64,000 nucleotides of DNA from Alphaproteobacteria bacterium (GTDB lineage Bacteria; Pseudomonadota; Alphaproteobacteria; GCA-2746255): the NCBI GenBank assembly GCA_965249135.1, contig OZ252220.1, positions 32,001 to 96,000 on the forward strand, written 5' to 3'. The notes under the pieces were generated by a model. The model saw nothing but the letters and a program-made list of their open reading frames with translations, was not told the DNA's origin and searched no databases. Position numbers and translations under genes: made by a program. Positions 41,920-52,134 of the stretch are shown here, in pieces (the stretch's first letter is position 1; each line of letters starts with the position of its first letter).

Positions 41920-42690
41920 ATGTCTAATCCCATTCTTTCCGTAACCGACAAGGACGCCTTTCGGCGGGATGGATTCGTCATCGTCCGGCAGCTTTTCGAT
42001 GTGGATGAGATGCGCCAGGTCGAAGTATGGACGAACGAAGTTGTCGCCATGCCGGAGGTTCCTGGAAAGCAGATGGTCTATTACGAGGATAGCCTCAAGG
42101 AGCCTGGCAAGCGTGTGCTCCAGCGGATCGAGAATTTCGCACCCTATCATGAGGGGCTTTGGGAGCTTTTCAATGGGTCGAAGATGCGAGGCCCCGTCTC
42201 GGAACTCTTTGGCGAACCGGCAGTTCTGTTCAAGGAGAAGATCAACTTCAAATTGCCGGGCGGGGGCGGGTTCAAGCTGCATCAGGATCAGCAGGCCGGC
42301 TGGGGGGTCTATGCCGATTTGTTCATTACGATGCTTGTCAGCATCGATGATGCAATGATAGAGAACGGCTGTCTCGAACTTGCGGCCGGCCATCATGCCA
42401 AAGGTCTCATAGGAAAGGTGTGGGAACCCTTAAACGAGGAGGATGCGAGCCGAGAAAGGTTGGATCTCGTTTCCTTCGCGAGCCAAGCTGGGGATGCGGC
42501 GATATTTAATTCCTTCGTGCCGCACCAATCGAAGCCGAATCGCACGAACGAACCGCGGCGGGTGCTATATGTGACCTACAACAAGGCATCGGCCGGCGAC
42601 CACCGGGTCCAGTACTACGCCGACAAACGGCAAAACTATCCGCCGGATATCGAACGGGAAGCGGGCAAAGACTACGTGTTTCGCGTTTGA
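41920..42690 (+). CDS. Fe(II)/2-oxoglutarate dioxygenase (PhyH family), PhnY-like aminoethylphosphonate hydroxylase
   Basis: HQD..H triad; LFKEKINFK.PGG.GF..HQD and TYN..DKR..PP..ER..GKDY recall 2-AEP dioxygenase PhnY. Confidence 0.75.
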   Translation: MSNPILSVTDKDAFRRDGFVIVRQLFDVDEMRQVEVWTNEVVAMPEVPGKQMVYYEDSLKEPGKRVLQRIENFAPYHEGLWELFNGSKMRGPVSELFGEPAVLFKEKINFKLPGGGGFKLHQDQQAGWGVYADLFITMLVSIDDAMIENGCLELAAGHHAKGLIGKVWEPLNEEDASRERLDLVSFASQAGDAAIFNSFVPHQSKPNRTNEPRRVLYVTYNKASAGDHRVQYYADKRQNYPPDIEREAGKDYVFRV

Positions 42691-42716
42691 GTCAACTATC
42701 GAAAAGGTGAGCCCAC

Positions 42717-42977
42717 GTGAATAACGTGTCGAGCTGGGATCAACGCATGGGCCGATTGCTTGCTCGGGGACTGGCCCGTACTCCGATAACTCCAAATCAC
42801 GTCTCGCTCTTTTCACTCTTCATCGCAGTGACGGGCGCGGCCCTCTTTGCGGCCGGCAAGGAAACGTGGGCGTATTGGGGAGCCAGCTTTTTCGTTCTCG
42901 GACGCGTGGTCGACCACGTTGATGGCGCGCTTGCCCGGCTCACCGGAAAAACGCTTGGTACCGTGAAGGGGACCTGA
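42717..42977 (+). pseudogene. Truncated CDP-alcohol phosphatidyltransferase
   Basis: TPN..S and DHVDGALAR, but the ORF ends before the G-x3-D-x3-D half of the motif. Confidence 0.75.
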
Positions 42978-42980
42978 AGT

Positions 42981-43580
42981 CTAGTCACGCGTCCCGTGTA
43001 AGCGAAGGCGCAAATAAGCAAAGACAGTAAAAGCCAGTGCGCCGATTGCGGCGGCAACAAGGAGGGGCTCTCCCCAACCAAACCACATGGCGAACGGCAC
43101 GGCAAGAATTGCATCGTCGGGGTCGAAGCCGCCGGTTCCTTCGAAAGCGGGCTTGCTCTTGCCCTCGCGGATTTCCATCTGGACGACGAGGCCAAGGACC
43201 GCCGCCACCGACAGACCAGCCAATAAGCCCAACGGCATTGACCAGAGGCCAAGCGCACTGGCGCGCAGCCCGATGCCAATTCCGATGAACAGGGCGGCAT
43301 TTACGACCGCGTCGCAGACAAGGTCGAAACGATGCCCCCATTCGGTCGTAACGCCGGTGATGCGCGCAAGCTCGCCGTCCGCGCGGTCCAACGCCACGGA
43401 AAGAAGAAAAAAGATTCCGCCAAGAAACGTCCACAGAGGCTCCCCAATCGCGTAAGCCGTCGCAGCCCCCAGACCCGCGAGCAGACGAAGCGTCGTCAAT
43501 TGGTTCGGCGTAACCGACGTGCGGGCAAGGACTCGGGTCGGTGGCCGGACGAGGCGGTGGATCCAAGTATTGTGGCTCAT
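42981..43580 (-). CDS. CDP-alcohol phosphatidyltransferase family protein
   Basis: TPNQLT, DRADGELAR..GHRFDLVCD. Confidence 0.92.
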   Translation of the reverse strand: MSHNTWIHRLVRPPTRVLARTSVTPNQLTTLRLLAGLGAATAYAIGEPLWTFLGGIFFLLSVALDRADGELARITGVTTEWGHRFDLVCDAVVNAALFIGIGIGLRASALGLWSMPLGLLAGLSVAAVLGLVVQMEIREGKSKPAFEGTGGFDPDDAILAVPFAMWFGWGEPLLVAAAIGALAFTVFAYLRLRLHGTRD

Positions 43581-43730
43581 GAGTGGCGTTGCCTTAGCTT
43601 GCCTGGGAAGACGGGGCGTTTCTTATAGTCAGGCGGGATCGTAGTCGCACCGGTCGGCAAGACAAAGATTTTTCCCTGCGGCTTTCATTGACAGGGCTCG
43701 GCCGGCGCGGTTTCCTGATCCGATAAGAGA

Positions 43731-44855
43731 GTGCAGAAAATGTCAGACACGCCGGAAGAACCTCTGCTGCTTACGCCAGGGCCGATCACGACCTCCCGAG
43801 CCACGAAGGAGAAGATGCTTCGTGACTGGGGCTCGCGGGATCGTGATTTCATCGCGCTTACGCGGCACGTTCTGGATCGGCTTCTTCGTCTCGCTTGCGG
43901 CGAAAAAAGCTATGCCTGCGTGCCAATCCAGGGAAGTGGCACGTTCGGCCTCGAAGCCATGCTTGGCACGCTCGTGCCACGGGAAGGGAAAGTGCTCGTT
44001 CTCGTGAACGGCGCCTATGGTGCGCGGATCGCCGAGATTGCGAACCGTATGGCCCGCAACCACCTCGCGATTTCACTTGCCGAGACGCGCCCACTCGACC
44101 CAGCGGCACTCGATAAAGCGCTGGTCGCAGATCCAACGATTACCCATGTGGCGGCCGTTCATTGCGAGACCGGATCCGGGCTTCTGAATCCCATCGAAAA
44201 GATTGCGGCGGTTACGGCAAAGCACGGACGTCGGCTGCTTCTTGATGCAATTAGCACGTTTGGCGCCTTGCCCCTCGACGTGGCTTCCCTTCCTTGCGAT
44301 GCGGTCACCGTCTCAGCCAACAAATGCTTGGAAGGCGTACCCGGGGTCACGTTTGCAATTGCGCGTGAGGACTCCCTCACCACTTCCCAAGGGAACGCCT
44401 CCTCCTTGAGCCTTGATCTTTTCGAGCAATGGCGGCTGCTCGAAGAGACCGGCCAGTGGCGATTTACACCGCCTACCCAGGTGCTCGCAGCTCTAGCCCA
44501 TGCGCTTGAGGAACACGCGGCCGAAGGCAGGATCAAGGGCCGTGGAGACCGCTACCGTAACAACTGCCAGGTTCTCATCGAAGGCATGCGGGAACTTGGG
44601 TTTCAAACTTTCCTTCCAGATGAATTTCAAGCGCCGATCATTGTCGCTTTTCATTCCCCGTCGGACCCAAATTTCACCTTTCCGGCGTTTTACGATTTCC
44701 TGCGTGATAAAGGCTATGCAATCTATCCGGGGAAAGTGACGGCGGCAGACACTTTCCGGATCGGTTGCATCGGAAAGGTCTATGAAAAAGACATCCTGGG
44801 CGTGCTGGCGGCGGTCCGTGAGGCGATGACGAAATTTGAGTTCACGCCCACCTAG
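43731..44855 (+). CDS. phnW: 2-aminoethylphosphonate aminotransferase (PhnW/AepZ)
   Basis: LLTPGP, DWGSRD, HCET, SANKCLEGVPG, QWRFTPPT. Confidence 0.93.
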   Translation: MQKMSDTPEEPLLLTPGPITTSRATKEKMLRDWGSRDRDFIALTRHVLDRLLRLACGEKSYACVPIQGSGTFGLEAMLGTLVPREGKVLVLVNGAYGARIAEIANRMARNHLAISLAETRPLDPAALDKALVADPTITHVAAVHCETGSGLLNPIEKIAAVTAKHGRRLLLDAISTFGALPLDVASLPCDAVTVSANKCLEGVPGVTFAIAREDSLTTSQGNASSLSLDLFEQWRLLEETGQWRFTPPTQVLAALAHALEEHAAEGRIKGRGDRYRNNCQVLIEGMRELGFQTFLPDEFQAPIIVAFHSPSDPNFTFPAFYDFLRDKGYAIYPGKVTAADTFRIGCIGKVYEKDILGVLAAVREAMTKFEFTPT

Positions 44856-44878
44856 CACGTCCGATCGGAAGGTGGGGT

Positions 44879-46018
44879 TTAATTCTTCCCAACAAAGGTG
44901 CGGAAACGGCGCGCGACGTCCGCCGGCTTTACCGTCGGTCGCCCAAGTTTGCTGAGCGAGCCTGGGCGAATGCGAAGATGCAGGAAGGTTGGGCCGGCAA
45001 GCGATGCCGCCTCCTGAAAGGCCGCCTGAAAGCCCTTAAGCGTATCCGCGGCAAAGGCGTGCGGGTAGCCGCAGGCCAAGGCAATGGCTGCGAAATCGAC
45101 GCTTTCCGAAACCGTCGCTTGGCCCCCGGTCGAATCATGGGTGCCGTTGTCGAGCAGCACATGGAGCAGGTTTCTTGGCGCATAGGCTCCGATCGTTGCA
45201 AGCGTTCCCATTTTCATCAAAGCCGCCCCATCTCCGTCGAGCACGATGACCGGGCGCTTAACATTCAATGCCACGCCAAGGGCAAGGCCGCTTGCACAGC
45301 CCATCGAACCGACCTGATAGAGATGCTGTTCGCGGTCAGCGAGGGTGAAAAGTTCGCGCCCGCATTTCCCCGTCGTGGCGATCACGGCGGCATCCTCGGT
45401 AACGAGCTCTAAAAAGGCGGTCAGCACTTCCGAGCGGATTGGTCGTCTGCCACCTTCGCCAAGGTCGTGCCGGGTGCCGGGCAGAGGCAGCGTGCGCCGA
45501 GGCTGGTCCAGACCATCGTTACGGACCGAATCCTTTTCCATGATGAAGGCAAAAGACCGCTCGGATGCCGTCATTTCTCGATCCGCTTCCTCCAGCGCCT
45601 TCGGGATGGCGGCAGCCTCCTTCGGAAACGGTCGGTGCGGGATTTCCATGTCGTCCAGCAATCGGTCCGTGATCCGTCCCATCAACTCGTGCTGCGGCTC
45701 ATCGGCGTGTCCCGGCTGTCCCCGCCAGGTCGTGATGAGGAGGATCGGAATGCGAAAGGGATAGGCGAGCGAGGTAAGGGGATTGACCGTGTTCCCAAGT
45801 CCCGAATTCTGACACATGGTGACGCCGCGCTTGCCTGCGAGCCATGCACCCGCGGCGATGGCGACGGCTTCTCCCTCGCTAGCCGCCCCCACGTAATGAA
45901 GCTTTGGATGCCCGATCGCACGGTTGATGAAGGGGGTCAGAAACGAGCAGGGCACTCCAGAATAGAAATCGAACCCGCGCTCGCGCGCCGGCTCCAAGAA
46001 TGCATCTGCTTCGATCAT
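44879..46018 (-). CDS. aepY: Phosphonopyruvate decarboxylase (AepY/Ppd)
   Basis: GVPCS, QNSGLGN, DEPQH, GDGAALM..N TPP motif, DSTGGQ. Confidence 0.95.
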   Translation of the reverse strand: MIEADAFLEPARERGFDFYSGVPCSFLTPFINRAIGHPKLHYVGAASEGEAVAIAAGAWLAGKRGVTMCQNSGLGNTVNPLTSLAYPFRIPILLITTWRGQPGHADEPQHELMGRITDRLLDDMEIPHRPFPKEAAAIPKALEEADREMTASERSFAFIMEKDSVRNDGLDQPRRTLPLPGTRHDLGEGGRRPIRSEVLTAFLELVTEDAAVIATTGKCGRELFTLADREQHLYQVGSMGCASGLALGVALNVKRPVIVLDGDGAALMKMGTLATIGAYAPRNLLHVLLDNGTHDSTGGQATVSESVDFAAIALACGYPHAFAADTLKGFQAAFQEAASLAGPTFLHLRIRPGSLSKLGRPTVKPADVARRFRTFVGKN

Positions 46019-47670
46019 AGAAAGTTGCGTGCTTTCGCGAGATCGAAAGGATCGTCGATATCGAGCCAGTGACCAGTAATGTACTGCACTTGGATCTTAT
46101 GACCTGACTCGACCAGCCGGTTAAAGAGATCCGGCATGTCCGCCGTCTGCAGGCTGCCATCCGTGGACATCACTTCAATCTCATCCCGGACAATCTTTGC
46201 ACCATTCGGGCTGAGTAGGACAAGTCCCACCCATTCACCATGAATTTCATCGGTTGGGATTTCCGTTCCGACACGAAGCAATCGCGCCGTGTCGCCCTCA
46301 AGGTAATCGGGGTGGAAGGGGTTGTCGCATTGAACGAAATCGCGTGTACGCTTCTGCGTTTGACGTTCCCGCCAAAGTGCGTCGGCGGCGACAGTAATAT
46401 CGGCATCCGACCCCTGCAGCTGTTCAAGAATGTAGCTTCGGTAAAGGATATCGCCGTAGGTAATGAGACAAGGCCCATCCTTTAACTGATCGATTGCGCA
46501 AGCAAGCGAGGCGACCTCGCCGGTCTCGGCAAAGTTGGCGTTCGTACGCATATCGATCGCCGGTATGTCGATGGCTTCCTTCCGATAGCCGCCGACGACA
46601 GTAACGTTGCGAATGCCACTCTCGCGTATCGTTGCAATCATCGTACGCAGCAGAGGTTTGCCGCGCACATCGATCATGCATTTCGGGCGGTCTTCGGTAA
46701 GCGGGCCAAGAGAATCGCCCCGCGTTGCCGCAAGGATGATCGCACGTGCCTTTTCACCTCTTTGCGGCAGATAACGCCGTTCCGCCTCTGCCAGCTCGGT
46801 TTGTCCTGCAAGTTCGAAGACGTCCTTCACCGACGCAACGGTATCTTCAACGTTGACTAGACTTTGACTCTCATAGATCCGTTTGCATACGTCCCGCATT
46901 CCGGCAATGGCGGCACGCAGATTGTGATTTGCCCAAATGACCGTTGATATCCCGGCATTCTCAAACTGCCCCGTCGGCGTCGCATAGTACATCGTCGGCA
47001 CAATGATAACCGAACATGTGTTTCCCCATTCCTTCATGAAGGCGAAGATTTCATCCGCGGTTTTCTCTTTGGAGTGTACGAGAAGTGCATCGGCGCCGGC
47101 TTGATGATAAGCCTCGGCGCGCCGCAGCGCTTCATCCAATCCCCAACCTGCGATGAAAGCCTCGATCCGCGCGATGACGCAGAAGTCAGAGTTGAGTTGA
47201 CTGTCTTTGCCTGCCTTGATCTTGCCACAGAACTCATCAATGTCTGCCAGGGGCTGGCCTTCCCCGAGGAAGGAATTCGTTTTCGGAAACTGCTTGTCTT
47301 CGATGCAGACACCGGCAACGTTTCGCTGGCAAAGCTTCGTCACCAGCCGGCGAACGTTGTTGAAATTCCCATAGCCCGTATCCCCATCCACCAGGATCGG
47401 GATCGATGTCGCATCCGACATGAATTCGAGGATTTCGAGGACCTGGGTCCAGGAGGCCTCGTTGTTGTCGCGTACGCCAAGGGCCGCTGAGATGGAGAGA
47501 CCGGACGCCCAAATGCCACGAAAACCGGCTTCCTCGACAATCTTCGCAGAAAGCCCGTTATGGGCTTCCATCAGAAAGGAGAGTTTCGGCGAAAGCAACT
47601 CCCCACGAAGGAGCGCTGCCTTCGTAGGCTCTGAGGATGCTTCCGGCGCGCGTTTCGGAAGAACGGTCAT
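46015..47670 (-). CDS. pepM: Phosphoenolpyruvate mutase fused to a C-terminal nucleotidyltransferase (AepX/PepM)
   Basis: Diagnostic [10 protein letters not shown] (EDK-X5-NS); C-terminal [15 protein letters not shown]-transferase domain. Confidence 0.96.
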   Translation of the reverse strand: MTVLPKRAPEASSEPTKAALLRGELLSPKLSFLMEAHNGLSAKIVEEAGFRGIWASGLSISAALGVRDNNEASWTQVLEILEFMSDATSIPILVDGDTGYGNFNNVRRLVTKLCQRNVAGVCIEDKQFPKTNSFLGEGQPLADIDEFCGKIKAGKDSQLNSDFCVIARIEAFIAGWGLDEALRRAEAYHQAGADALLVHSKEKTADEIFAFMKEWGNTCSVIIVPTMYYATPTGQFENAGISTVIWANHNLRAAIAGMRDVCKRIYESQSLVNVEDTVASVKDVFELAGQTELAEAERRYLPQRGEKARAIILAATRGDSLGPLTEDRPKCMIDVRGKPLLRTMIATIRESGIRNVTVVGGYRKEAIDIPAIDMRTNANFAETGEVASLACAIDQLKDGPCLITYGDILYRSYILEQLQGSDADITVAADALWRERQTQKRTRDFVQCDNPFHPDYLEGDTARLLRVGTEIPTDEIHGEWVGLVLLSPNGAKIVRDEIEVMSTDGSLQTADMPDLFNRLVESGHKIQVQYITGHWLDIDDPFDLAKARNFL

Positions 47671-47834
47671 CGGCCCAGAATTTTCATGGATGGGACCCGT
47701 AACATTTACGTCATATCTCTTGGATTTTCAAATGCCTGTGTTGACTTGCCACGAAGCTCAATGACGGTCGAGCTTGCACGCCTGCCCTACCGGTGCGATA
47801 TCCGGTCGGAAAACGTAGGACGAGGGTATCCCCT

Positions 47835-48572
47835 ATGAAAGTCGTCATGCTTGCCGCCGGGGTAGGCTCAAGGCTCGGCGAAGAGGGCAGGCTCCCAAAG
47901 GTGCTCCTGGAATTCGGGGGTCAAACGCTGCTCGAGCGTCATATCAAGATCTTAAGCGCGGCGGGCCTCGAATCCCTTATCCTTGGGGTAGGCTTCGAGG
48001 CGGAGCGAATCGCGGCAGCGGTCGAAAAGCTGCATGCCGAGGACTTCGTCCGTCTCATCGGGAATCCGGACTACCGAAAGGGAAGCATCACGACCCTTTG
48101 GGCGCTTAAGGATGCGATCCCTGCCAACGAGCCGATCCTGCTGATGGACGCGGACGTCCTTTACGACCCGCGGCTGATCGGGCGGCTACTGGCAACCTCG
48201 CATGCCAACTGCTTTCTTCTCGACCGCGATGTCGAGGAGGGAGAGGAACCCGTCAAACTTGGCGTACGAGGTGCAGAGCTTGTCGATTTCAATCGGCGCA
48301 TCACATTGCCCCATGACTTCTATGGCGAATCCGTCGGTTTTTTCCGTTTCTCGCCTGAGATTACGGAGAAGGTGATGGCGCATGCGGAACGCCGTTTGCA
48401 GGCAGGAGAGACGGAGCTTTGGTATGAAGAAGCGATTCGCGATGTGCTTCTTTCCGAACCTATCGGCACCTTTGGCTTTGAAGACGTGACCGGCCTTCCC
48501 TGGATCGAGATTGATTTTCCGGAAGATATTCGACGCGCGGACGAAGAGATTTTGCCAAGGCTATTGGTCTGA
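47835..48572 (+). CDS. Phosphocholine/phosphonate cytidylyltransferase (LicC/PntC-like)
   Basis: LAAGVGSRL..PK, MDAD, WIEIDFPED. Confidence 0.88.
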   Translation: MKVVMLAAGVGSRLGEEGRLPKVLLEFGGQTLLERHIKILSAAGLESLILGVGFEAERIAAAVEKLHAEDFVRLIGNPDYRKGSITTLWALKDAIPANEPILLMDADVLYDPRLIGRLLATSHANCFLLDRDVEEGEEPVKLGVRGAELVDFNRRITLPHDFYGESVGFFRFSPEITEKVMAHAERRLQAGETELWYEEAIRDVLLSEPIGTFGFEDVTGLPWIEIDFPEDIRRADEEILPRLLV

Positions 48573-49340
48573 ATTTCCGTTCCGGAAGAGATAGTTTTCT
48601 GGCCCCTGATAGCCATCAATACACATAGACGTGCCGGACTGAAAATTCATTTGATAGGTTTCGTACCCAACAGCGTGCAGAAAATCGAAGACATCTTTCA
48701 CGTGATGGCCCATGCGTGCCAGGTAGTCTTCGACGACCTCTAGATAAAGCGTGGGACGGAAACGACGGATGGTCTCGGCGCCCCCTTGCAGAACCAGGAA
48801 TTCGGCACCCTCGACATCGCATTTCACGAAATCGAGACGAGAAAACCCATTTTCAGTTGCGTAGCTGTCAAGGGTCGCCGTTTGTACGCGCTCCGTGACG
48901 TAATCACGCGCTTGCTCTGCTCCAAAATGTCCCAGCCCGATACCCAGATGGCCGGACTCCTTTACCGGCAAATAAAAATCGATTTCTCCGGTCTTATCGG
49001 AAAGGGCGAATTCGTTGATGCGCACGTTGTTAAGCTTACCCACGACCTCTTTCAGGATCGAGAGGTTATAGGGGGAAGGCTCGAAACAGTGCACGGAGAC
49101 ATTCCCGTGATGGAGCCGGGCAAACTCCTTCGCATAGCCCCCTATATGCGCACCAATGTCGAGGATAACCCCCTGTTCGGGGATGAGCGTGCCCAGGCAT
49201 TTGACGACGTGACGGTCGCGCGCCTTGTATTTTGCCTTGAGCTTATGGAGGAAGCGCTCAAAGCGTTGCGCAGGCGCATTGTAGACCTCAGTTGGGTCGA
49301 GTTTCTGACCTTTCCGTTCCAAAATGGCGCGTCCATCCAA
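48561..49340 (-). CDS. FkbM-family methyltransferase
   Basis: LDIGAHIG, FEP, KCDVEGAE; start uncertain because the ORF-track N-terminus reads through the tRNA fragment. Confidence 0.85.
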   Translation of the reverse strand: MDGRAILERKGQKLDPTEVYNAPAQRFERFLHKLKAKYKARDRHVVKCLGTLIPEQGVILDIGAHIGGYAKEFARLHHGNVSVHCFEPSPYNLSILKEVVGKLNNVRINEFALSDKTGEIDFYLPVKESGHLGIGLGHFGAEQARDYVTERVQTATLDSYATENGFSRLDFVKCDVEGAEFLVLQGGAETIRRFRPTLYLEVVEDYLARMGHHVKDVFDFLHAVGYETYQMNFQSGTSMCIDGYQGPENYLFRNGNSDQ

Positions 49341-49356
49341 TCCAGGTGGCACGAAG

Positions 49357-49401
49357 TGGTGGGCGCTGCTGGGTTTGAACCAGCGACCCCTGCCGTGTGA
49401 A
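49357..49401 (-). repeat. Duplicated 3' part of tRNA-Val (att site)
   Basis: 45 bp identical to 53792-53836. Confidence 0.96.
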
Positions 49402-49657
49402 AAAAGCCTAACCCGCAAAAAATAGCATCGTTCAAGGTTTTTTGAGAAACGTCTTTCGTCGTTTAGACATGTCTAAAACAAGAACACCGATCAAAAATGG
49501 TTCAAATGAACCACCGCACGGTGCTTTTTTCAGCATCCCAATGCTCTCGACTTTGACCAATAGACTCTAATTACTTGTGCGGTTTGTACGTGAACTGATG
49601 TCTATTTAGCGAGGCGCGAGATTCGGCCGTTCCGGAAAGCCAAACGCTTACCGCCGT

Positions 49658-50785
49658 TTATCGACCGGAGTCTTCAGGCGGTGACGGCCGCACATTCGAC
49701 GTTCCCCATTCGTAACCGAGGGTCAGAAGATAGGCCGTATCGGTACCGGTCTTGCCTCGGACCGGAGAATTGTCCCAATCGAAATTCGCCTGCAGGGTGG
49801 CAAGAAAACCGTGGACGAGACGGAAGCGAAGGCCGGTACGGGTCCGGATGATGAGGTCGCTTGTATTCTCCAATCCCAAAAGCCCCTCCTGGGAGTGGAA
49901 GGCCTCGGCGCGATTGCGAAACAAGGCTTCCTGGTAGTTGATCGACCAGCGTGCAGCCGGATAATCTTTATCCTTCTGTGTACTAAAACCTTCCGTCACA
50001 TAACTGAATCCGAATTCGGCGGAAAGATCGCGTTCCTCGGTGTCGAAAAACTGATAGCCGGCGCCCCCGCCTGTCGCCGTGCGACGATTGAGGTCCTCAA
50101 ACTTATCGCGCTCGAAGCTCGCATTAAGGAAAGCAAACCACTGCTTCGTAAGGAAGTAATCGTACTTGGCAGAGACGAACGTATTATCATCGGTTTCTCT
50201 GCCGTCGTTCTTTTCCAGGTTGTATTCGAAGACAAGCTTCGCCCGGTGACGTTGCTTGCGCGCATTCACTTCCCCATCCACGTGATAGTTGTCTTCGTCA
50301 TTATTGCCTCTCTCGGCATCGAAGCCGAGATTGAGGCGGCCCCGCAATTCGAGTTTCCCTGCTTCCGAAACCGCAGGCTGAGCCGCCGCCTTGGGGGGCG
50401 CGGCCCGGGTCGCGATCTGCCGGGTAGCGGTCTGAATATCCGTGAAGCGAAATTCCCAGGCGCGCGTGAAGTCGGGGGTGACGAGCTGAAGCATGCTCCC
50501 ATAGCGGGGCGCGATCGTGCCCACGAGCCGCGTGCCGCTCGGAAACGTCACGTGCAAGGGCCAGTCCGCCTGGATGGCGGCAACCTCCTGGCGGCGAATG
50601 CGAATCCTGCCCGCGTAAGTCGTTTGCAGGGCGACTTCCTTCGGGTCGATCCCTTCGATCGTCCCTCTAAGGCGGTCGCCGGATTTCAGGAAAACCTCAT
50701 CTGCGGCGGCGGCGCCGGCGAAAACGAGGAAAAGAGCCAGGAGAACCAGACAGATCGGCCCTCGGAGATTGCCTCCCCTCAGCAC
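49658..50785 (-). CDS. DUF481-like outer-membrane beta-barrel protein
   Basis: Signal peptide, ADEVFLKSGDRLRG N-domain, amphipathic beta strands (GGGAGYQFF, LTLGYEW). Confidence 0.8.
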   Translation of the reverse strand: MLRGGNLRGPICLVLLALFLVFAGAAAADEVFLKSGDRLRGTIEGIDPKEVALQTTYAGRIRIRRQEVAAIQADWPLHVTFPSGTRLVGTIAPRYGSMLQLVTPDFTRAWEFRFTDIQTATRQIATRAAPPKAAAQPAVSEAGKLELRGRLNLGFDAERGNNDEDNYHVDGEVNARKQRHRAKLVFEYNLEKNDGRETDDNTFVSAKYDYFLTKQWFAFLNASFERDKFEDLNRRTATGGGAGYQFFDTEERDLSAEFGFSYVTEGFSTQKDKDYPAARWSINYQEALFRNRAEAFHSQEGLLGLENTSDLIIRTRTGLRFRLVHGFLATLQANFDWDNSPVRGKTGTDTAYLLTLGYEWGTSNVRPSPPEDSGR

Positions 50786-51294
50786 GCGATCCGCCCTAGA
50801 GGTCGCACACCCCGCAAAGCAAGCGATTCCGCAACGGGTTTTCGTCTCACTGCCCCTCTCGCCCTTGCCATCCGCGCAATTGGCAAGCCCAACGTCAGCG
50901 GGCGCCAGTCCATGGCGTAAAGCATATCTCTGTTAGGCAACACCGTTCCGACGAATTCCACGAACGAAAAAGCATGCCCGGACAGGTGACGAACACCGCA
51001 CGAGACCCTATACTGTGGCGCGACGGACTTGGTGACAAGCCCTTCATTCAGCCACTGCCCGTTTTTTCCAGGCAGCTACGACTAGACGATCGGCGGACGG
51101 AACGAACCAAACCGGTCCCGTTCCGTTAGGTGCGGTTGCACTTCTAGGTGCGATCGCACTTCGCTCGCCCCGTGTGTCTCAGCCGGTTTGAGTTCTAGTG
51201 TGCTTGCCAAGAGAGGAAGGCGAATCTGTGGTGCCTGCTCGAAGAGCCTGAGCCGCGGAAGTTTTTTTGTCGGGATTGAATTGCTTATGGAACA

Positions 51295-52134
51295 GTGGAG
51301 AAGAATAGGTCGATGATCGCTCATGATCGCGCAACCACGGCGCTCCTGCTCGCTGCGGGTACAGGAAGTCGTTTGCGCCCATTGACCAAGAACGCCCCGA
51401 AGTGTCTCACTGAAGTCGGTGGCATCCCAATCCTCGAACGGCTGGTCAACAACCTGCGTGAACACGGAATCAAGAGGCTGGTGGTGGTTATTGGACACCT
51501 GGGCGACCATATCCGCGATTTCCTGAACGATAAGGCGGGCGATATGCAGGTCGACTGCATCCTCAGCCCCAAGTACCAGACAACCAACAACATCTATTCC
51601 CTCTGGCTGGCCCGGGAACGAATCCGGGAACCGTTCCTGCTGGTGGAAAGCGACCTGATCTTCGATGCCTTGATGTTGGAGAACATGCTCCATCCGGACA
51701 AGATCGCGATTTCCCGCATCCGGCCCTGGATGAACGGGACAACGGTGACAGTTGGCCCCGGGAGGCGGGTCAGGGCCTTCAATGTCGGCGGCGGTGCGGA
51801 GGATGACGTACCGCGTTACAAGACGGTGAATGTCTACAGCCTTTCCGCGCCGACCTGGAACAAGACCGTGACAAGACTGAACCGCTACATCTCGAATGGT
51901 AGGGTCGGTGAGTATTACGAAGCCGTTTTCGCTGAAATGGTTGCCGACGGCACGCTTTCCTTCGAAGTGGCCTTCTTCGATCCAGACCGCTGGTATGAAA
52001 TCGACACCATGGCGGACCTCAACGAAGCGGAAAGGAGGTTCGGTGGGATGTCCCACCCCTACGTCGGGCCAGATGTCTGCCGTCTTCAAACCGCCGGGAG
52101 AGGCTCGTTGACATCGGTTGCCGCGAATGACTGA
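51295..52134 (+). CDS. Phosphocholine cytidylyltransferase-like NTP transferase
   Basis: LLAAGTGSRLRPLT..PKCL, TNNIYSL, ESD, WYEIDT. Confidence 0.9.
   Translation: MEKNRSMIAHDRATTALLLAAGTGSRLRPLTKNAPKCLTEVGGIPILERLVNNLREHGIKRLVVVIGHLGDHIRDFLNDKAGDMQVDCILSPKYQTTNNIYSLWLARERIREPFLLVESDLIFDALMLENMLHPDKIAISRIRPWMNGTTVTVGPGRRVRAFNVGGGAEDDVPRYKTVNVYSLSAPTWNKTVTRLNRYISNGRVGEYYEAVFAEMVADGTLSFEVAFFDPDRWYEIDTMADLNEAERRFGGMSHPYVGPDVCRLQTAGRGSLTSVAAND

Noticed and set aside
43731-44855. phnW as part of an AEP degradation pathway
   Set aside because: No phnX, phnA or AEP transporter nearby; adjacency to pepM and ppd favours the biosynthetic direction
49341-49418. N-terminus of the 285-aa FkbM ORF, or a second tRNA gene
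   Set aside because: This is the duplicated tRNA 3' part lacking the 5' acceptor strand and D-arm, so it is neither a functional tRNA nor likely coding
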